Of a stretch of 64,000 bases of DNA, positions 57,709 through 64,000 are shown piece by piece. The DNA comes from Diplonema japonicum (Eukaryota; Protista; Euglenozoa: Diplonemea), in assembly GCA_964019335.1 (NCBI GenBank), contig OZ025656.1, forward strand, positions 496,001-560,000, read 5' to 3'. Each line of letters opens with the position of its first letter. Position 1 is the first letter of the stretch. The notes under the pieces were generated by a model. It searched no databases and was not told the DNA's origin. It saw only the letters and a list, made by a program, of their open reading frames with translations. Both the position numbers and the translations under genes were made by a program.

Positions 57709-59204
57709 ATGCGTCGGTCGTTCCTGTTGCGGTCTCAGTTGCATGATTTGAGGTCTAACACAGAAGCGATGAAGGTAGCTGTGAGAAAAGGTATAAAGCC
57801 AACGGGCGACAGAGAACTCGCAGCCATGATTATAGCGAAGTACAAATCGTCAAGCAAGACGATCGAGAATTCCAGAGTAGTGCGGATTGCTATGCGGGAG
57901 ATGATGACAGATGTGAGGGAGAACATCCACATTGCGGGAGTAGAGACGTACACGAAAGCGATTCAGGTTTGTGCCAAGTTCAAGTCCCCTGAGCTTGGAA
58001 GACGTGTATGGGACGAAATGGTAGAGAGAGGCATCAAACCAAAACACCATACATACGTTGCACTGGCAAGCGCGCATGCCAGCGTTGGGCATCTGAGAGA
58101 TGTTGTATCACTGCTGGATGAGACTGGTTACGAAAGCCATGCCGCAAAGGGGACGCTTTTAAGGGCGTACGCGAAGGCCAAACACACAGAAGCCATGATG
58201 AAGTGTTTCCACCATTTCATCAGCGATGGGTTTGTCCTTACTCCGAGGCATGCTGTGGTCATGTTGTCGGGGCAGACTGACCCACGTGAGGCGTGGGGCA
58301 TCCTTATCACTCTGCGTAACTCATACGGCATTGCCCCCAACACCATCATCTGCAACGCTGCGTTGGGGAGCTGCATCAACGGCCCCGACCCGCAAGTAGC
58401 AGAACAAATTGTTTTTTACATGCAAGAAAGGAGGATCAAAAAAGACTCAAGCACATGGAGCACGCTCTGCGCCGTTTACTCGCAAGCATGCAACCTCCAA
58501 AAAGTCGAAGAGACTCTTTCGGTATGCCAGCCATATCACTTATGCAACTGCCGCAGGCACAAGTCGATGCGAACGTGGACCTCAACGCGCACAGTTTCGC
58601 AACATATGTACGCTGTTGCACCAACGTCGCCAAGCTGAAAACTACCACTGCAGAAGAAAAGAAGAGGTTGACAGCCCAGGCAGAAGCGATGTACCACCAA
58701 GGAGTGCACTCAACCAGCTTGCACAGCAGCCACCTGCACACCAACATGCTTGACTTCTACATATCCCAAGACAGTCCTGCAGGGATACGAAAGATGGTAG
58801 AGTTAATGGAGCAGCAGCTGGTGAAGCCTTCCAGAAAGTTCACTGAACAACTAACAGCGTACCGCACTACAGGTGCTGTAGCGCTGGACAGAAAGTTGCA
58901 AGTTGACACGAGCTACCGAACAGACGCAGTCGAGTCGGAGGAGGCGTTAGACGAGGAGATCGTCGTGGCACACAGCAAGGGAGTCAAGCAAAGCCCCAAG
59001 ACAGGCGGACTCTTTGGGGAAGAAACCACATACATCCAACAGGCCATACACCATGGCGACATGAAACTTCGAGCCATTCCAATCGACCCCGACACAAAAG
59101 TCTGGGCTCGAAATACTGATGATTACAATAATTTTAAACAATGGAGTTTGCCCAAGCGGCGGGCTAATACGGCGAAGAACGCAGATGCTTGGAAGACTGT
59201 TTGA
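57709..59204 (+). CDS. Pentatricopeptide repeat protein (2 exons)
   Basis: TYTKAIQVCAK..VWDEMVERGIKP and related repeats. Intron 58522-58556 joins the two ORFs. Confidence 0.85.
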
Positions 59205-59272
59205 AAGCGATATCCAAGCAAGTAGTTTTTATGCAGTGAATTTGCGTTAACCAACACACACAGGTGGCTAAG

Positions 59273-61836
59273 ATGTCGTCTCAGCACTGTGACTGCCAAG
59301 ACGCTACTGTGGGGGAGTTCCTTCTGTCTAGGGGAATCGAACAGGTAGACTCGAAGCAGCTAGCAGCTGGCGAGAGACTTCACACGATATGCCAAGCACA
59401 CCAGTCGAAGAGCCTAGAGGAGAGGGACATGAAGTGGGAAGCGTCGGTAAAAGTGATTGACGAGAAGTGGCACACGATGCAGGAGTCGCTCACGAATGTC
59501 TCCACTACATATCAAAGAGAGTCTCAATTCACCTTGCAGCAGGTGGAGACCTTCAAGCAGGAGGTCCTCGACACCATGGCAAGGGCGGAGAGAGCAAGCA
59601 CCGAAGAGCGCTGTTTGATGGGTGATGAGATCCGAAAGATGCACACGCAGCTGATGGAGGTCAAGGAAGCAGAGATCACTGGGCTGCTGCTGCGCATCGA
59701 GACGCTTCAGCAGAACTTCACAAGTATGCCCTACGCACATAAGCACCATCATTTGTAGGTTCCGAGCAACAAACGAAGGAAGTTACTGAACGCCTGAACT
59801 TGAATTGTGTGGAAACTGATGGCCTCCGTTCAAAGCTTGCGGAAGTTGAAGCCCAAAAAACACAGCTCACTGAGACCTTCGGTCAAGAGCGCTCTAGGAA
59901 CGCGGCGATCGTCGAGCAGCTGAAGGGCGAGTGCCAAATCCTCAGCCGTGCTGTTGCCGAGGCGTCTGAGAGTGTTGAACAGAAGAAAAAGCAGCACTCT
60001 GCTGCAATGCACGAGTTGAACAGCATCGTCACAAAAACGAATGAGGAATTGAACGACTACAAGCATAGCCTCAGGCATGCAGAGTCACTGCGTGACGAGG
60101 CCGATCAGTTGCTTATCTGCAAGACACAGGAAACCAACATCCTGAGGGTGCAGCACGAGTCACATACTATGGATCTGAAGGCACAGCTCGCAGATCTTAA
60201 CAAGCAGCTGAATGCAAGAAACGTAGAGTTAGAAGATGTTGTGGCCGACTGCAAAAGGTACAACGAACAAGGTGAAGCCATGTCCCAAGAGCGATCTGCC
60301 CTGGAGGCTGCTTTAGAAGCAGCGAATACAAACATGAAGGCTGTAAAAGAGGAACACGCGAATGCCTTAGAAACATTGCGTAAAGAGAACGCTGAACTGG
60401 AAAAGGCCAACAGGGAGTGCACCAGTACACTGACGCGAGTGGAAGTAGAGTTGGCGGCAGCACAAGGACAAACTTTAACTCTGACAAAGGAAAACACTAA
60501 GCTTGCGGCTACTATGAGGGACGAGAAAGAAGTCATGAGCAGGCAGATCAATGAGTGCAAGCCGCAACTCGAACAATTGGCCGGCCAACTAGAAATACTC
60601 AAGTCCGCCAAAGAAGCTGAAGAGGCTCGTTATGAGCAGATGAAAACTGACAAATTAATTGCGGAAGAAGCTTTGGCGAAGTGTAGGTTCGAGGGAGGGG
60701 AGCAGCAGAAGGAGGCAAACCTGATGGGAAATAGAATACTTGAACTGGAGCAGCAGGTGCAGGAAAATGAGAAGGAATTCGCCGACTGGCACAAAGAGAA
60801 CCTGGTTGCTCAAAAGAAGGAGGAGGTGAGCGACGCTAAGTTGGAAGAAATCACTCTTTATGCGAGGGAACTGGAGCAGGCAATCGAAACGTGCAAACAG
60901 CAGAACACTGGTCAAGAAGAAATAAATGCGGAACTCGTGACGGAGCTTAAAGGGCTCCGCCTTGAGCTACGTGAGGTCAAAGAGGAGCGCGACGCCCTGA
61001 AGGAGCTTGTGACCATCGGACGCTATGATGCAATGGACAGCTTGCTAAGGACAACTAAGCCTTGCATCACAGAGGAAGAAGCGGAAGAGATGCACAAAGA
61101 GATTGAAGAAGGGAAAACCACAACGCAGATACTGTCGCAGGCTGTAGGACACATGCACGTGAACTGTCTCAAGGCGCAAGAGGTGCTTGAGGGTTTTTTG
61201 GCGTGCCTGCCCGCAGTACCTCCATTAGAAGACATTGACTACTTCAGGTTGGAGGACATTAACGGTCAGTACACAGCGCTGTTGAGGGACACGGTGAGGG
61301 CGCACATTGAAGGAAAGAAAAGGGAGGAAGCATCGCCGCCGCCGCCAGAGAACCCACTGAGCGTCACAAGGGAAGTAAGGGTTGCGAAAGATGTGCAACC
61401 GGAGCCAACGGGGCATGTAGGTAGGGGTGTCGCTCTTACGACACACGCCCCGAGTGCAACTGCCATTACAGTCCCTCCAGAGAGGGACGCACCTTATGCC
61501 CATGCGACAGCATCGTCTTTGTCAACGTTGGCTGCTACCGCAATCGACCCTTCGCCGTCGACCTTCTTGACAAACGTCTCAACGCTCACCGCACCACCTG
61601 AGAAACCAAAACAGCGCTCCTCTGTCCAAGCGCACACCAAATCAGTCAGGACCACAAATGTTAGTAACCAATCTTCAATGAGCAGGGTTTCCACTACCAG
61701 AAAACCTGCTTCACCAAAGCCCCCTATCCCAGCCAACAACTTGGTATGCAAATGCACCATCACCACCTCAACACAGGTCCGCTTCGGAGGGCTCTACTCA
61801 GTCCCCGAGCTCGCAGTGTCGCCAAGAAGAAGGTGA
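59273..61836 (+). CDS. Long coiled-coil protein
   Basis: Heptad-rich. Intron 59724-59758 joins the ORFs in frame; probable in-frame intron at 61744-61776. Confidence 0.8.
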
Positions 61837-62050
61837 GCCCATAAATAGATTAGATCATAGATCATCCTACGCACGGGTGTTGGTAACAGTTTTTACTGTT
61901 AAATCCAAAGACCAGAAGCAGTGCGTGTCTTGCACTCCGTGCATTGCACTCTCCTTTTAGATTAACCTACCAAGGCCGCTCTTCCTTTTTGTCCTGTCTG
62001 ATTGAGTGAAGCCTTTCCTTACATTTTAGAAAACATTATACAGCGGCGGG

Positions 62051-63874
62051 ATGGGGCCATTGGACTCAATATCGGTGAACATGTTGGAAGGGAAGAAGGC
62101 AAGGAAACAGGGTGTAGCGCGGAAGGTTCTTGTAAATGCCGATGTGAGGTGTCTTGAAGTCGTGGGGCGAGACGTGTGGACGGGGGACAGGGGAGGTGTG
62201 ATCACTGTGAGGAAGGTGCGGACAGGGGAAGCTGTGCTGACCATCGCGCCTCGATGTGGTGTCAACGTGTGGTGCATACGGTACGTAGAGCTACCCTCGG
62301 AAGGCATGACGCGACACGGTTGCGGGCATGTGTGGACAGGCATGTCGAATGGTGCCATCGTCGTCTACGACTCCGCAACACGAAAGGAACTCAATCACTT
62401 CTGCAAACACTCCGGCGGCATCTATCAAATAGTCGACCACAACAAACGGGTGTACAGTTGCTCCAACGACTTTGAGATATTCGAATGGAAGGCCTCCAAC
62501 CACCAGTTCATCAGGCAATTCTCAGGACACAAAGGTTACGTGCGCTGCATTCTCCCCACAGGCCCCACGCTTCTCTCCGGATCTGACGACACAACAATAC
62601 GTATCTGGGACGTGGCAACTGGTTCTCCTGTGCACATTGTGCAGCACCATACCAAAAGCGTGCATGCCATGGTCAGGGTTGGAAACCACATCTGGTCGGC
62701 TGGCGGAAGCGTAGTCATCGTCTGGGATTTACACACACTGCAGGAGGTAGCACACCTTACAGAGCACTGCGCTGCGGTACTCACGCTATGTAGGGTCGGC
62801 ACACGGGTGTACTCGGGTGGCGCAGACCAAGAGATCTACGCATGGGACGCGACGACCCACCGCTTGGTAGGAAGTTTTACGGACCACACTGGGTGGGTGT
62901 ACACCATGTGCAACACGGCCAAGGTGGTAAGGTACTTTATGTGGTCAACATCCATCAACGACGGGTGCCTGCAGATATGGCACCACGACGAGTACCACCC
63001 GATGAACTCGTGTGCGAAGGACTGCGAGAATCGTGTTGCGGACCTGCTCACTACAAACCCAGAAGGGCGGCTGGCGGAGCATCTGCAAGACACAAATGAA
63101 AATCTACAGGACAGGTGCAAGATGTTAGAGCATGATTTGGCGACAAACAAGATGAGAGTTAACATTCTTGAAAACGAATTGCGGCATCAAAACCATGCGT
63201 TAGAGCAACAGATGGGTGTGCAGCATGCTCTGTCTGGTGTGCTGAGTGACGTGAACACTGGGCAGATCCCACGTTTGGAGACGACGATACTTGCGAAGGA
63301 CACGGAGCTGGACAAGTACGCTGCCGTGCTGAAAGGGAAGACGAACGAGGTGACGACACTGAAGACAACGATAAGTGAGAAAGACGCACGTATTAAAGAG
63401 TTGGAGAGAAAGCTGACTGTGCTGGAAATGCAGGTGGATGTGACAGAAAAAGCACACACCAAGCACAAGCAGGCCCATCTAAAGTACATTGAGTGCAACG
63501 TCGACGAGGTACTGAAGCAAGCCAGGGAGAGAGAGGAGTCCTTGAGGTCTCAGACTGAGAGACTGCGTGAACAGCTCAGCGCTGCTCTGGACCTCCGGAG
63601 AGTAAGGAAGATAGAGGATGACATGGAAGTGGAGGCAGCAAGGTATGCGAACTGTTCTCTTATAATTACAACTTTCTTTAACAGAGCGCTTCGGGCAGGC
63701 CGCCCCACTCCAGATGAGTTCCCCCACAAGGAACAAGACACAAAAGAGGCACAGAGTCTCAGCTTCTCCCGCCCAGTTAAGGCCTTGCGCCGATCTAATA
63801 CACACGCCGTACTGTCCCCACAACGCCCTGCACCGCCTCCTGGGAACCCCCGAGGATCCCGGTCCAGATATTAA
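62051..63874 (+). CDS. WD40-repeat protein with a C-terminal coiled coil
   Basis: GHKGYVRC..LLSGSDDTTIRIWD and related repeats; probable in-frame intron at 63643-63684. Confidence 0.9.
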   Translation: MGPLDSISVNMLEGKKARKQGVARKVLVNADVRCLEVVGRDVWTGDRGGVITVRKVRTGEAVLTIAPRCGVNVWCIRYVELPSEGMTRHGCGHVWTGMSNGAIVVYDSATRKELNHFCKHSGGIYQIVDHNKRVYSCSNDFEIFEWKASNHQFIRQFSGHKGYVRCILPTGPTLLSGSDDTTIRIWDVATGSPVHIVQHHTKSVHAMVRVGNHIWSAGGSVVIVWDLHTLQEVAHLTEHCAAVLTLCRVGTRVYSGGADQEIYAWDATTHRLVGSFTDHTGWVYTMCNTAKVVRYFMWSTSINDGCLQIWHHDEYHPMNSCAKDCENRVADLLTTNPEGRLAEHLQDTNENLQDRCKMLEHDLATNKMRVNILENELRHQNHALEQQMGVQHALSGVLSDVNTGQIPRLETTILAKDTELDKYAAVLKGKTNEVTTLKTTISEKDARIKELERKLTVLEMQVDVTEKAHTKHKQAHLKYIECNVDEVLKQAREREESLRSQTERLREQLSAALDLRRVRKIEDDMEVEAARYANCSLIITTFFNRALRAGRPTPDEFPHKEQDTKEAQSLSFSRPVKALRRSNTHAVLSPQRPAPPPGNPRGSRSRY

Positions 63875-64000
63875 ACTTTAGTAAACACGCTTAAATAATG
63901 TACTCATGCTTCATGCTATTTAGACTTAACGTAGATAGATAAACCTGTTAGAATATTATCTTATTATTTTTTAGTCCCATGTTTTTCTAATCAACAACTA

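Noticed and set aside
16-63823. The many minus-strand ORFs outside the inversion
   Set aside because: They are antisense shadows of GC-rich + strand CDSs with no recognisable motifs.

Overview
Eukaryotic nuclear DNA, most consistent with a free-living euglenozoan such as a diplonemid. This is inferred from about 27 host genes all on the + strand with tiny spacers, short GT-AG introns, single-hairpin AGA-box guide RNAs and PPR genes. Host genes include a PDI, a cyclophilin, GGPP synthase, an ALDH, CCZ1, pirin, a J-protein, a ~5,990-aa secreted lectin/adhesin-like protein, a NEK kinase, a GT60 GlcNAc transferase, a dual-specificity phosphatase and a WD40 protein. Highlights: (1) 15901-16490 looks like a CRISPR array but is best explained as a tandem array of AGA-box H/ACA-like guide RNAs. 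Its invariant pocket matches a conserved SSU rRNA segment and its stem covaries. (2) A 7.3-kb composite insertion sits in a tiny intron and duplicated the acceptor. It adds a 129-nt stop-free, in-frame palindromic candidate exon with its own AG|GTAAGT donor and has terminal inverted repeats just inside the new intron ends (introner-like). (3) Inside that insertion is a decayed OTU-protease/APE/RT non-LTR retrotransposon with a clean internal inversion. A 5'-truncated relative lies in a poly-T tract at 11.7-12.7 kb. (4) Introns are strongly biased to gene 3' ends, and several are almost pure poly-A. All calls were made by eye with no database searches; rRNA and reference-protein sequences are quoted from memory.
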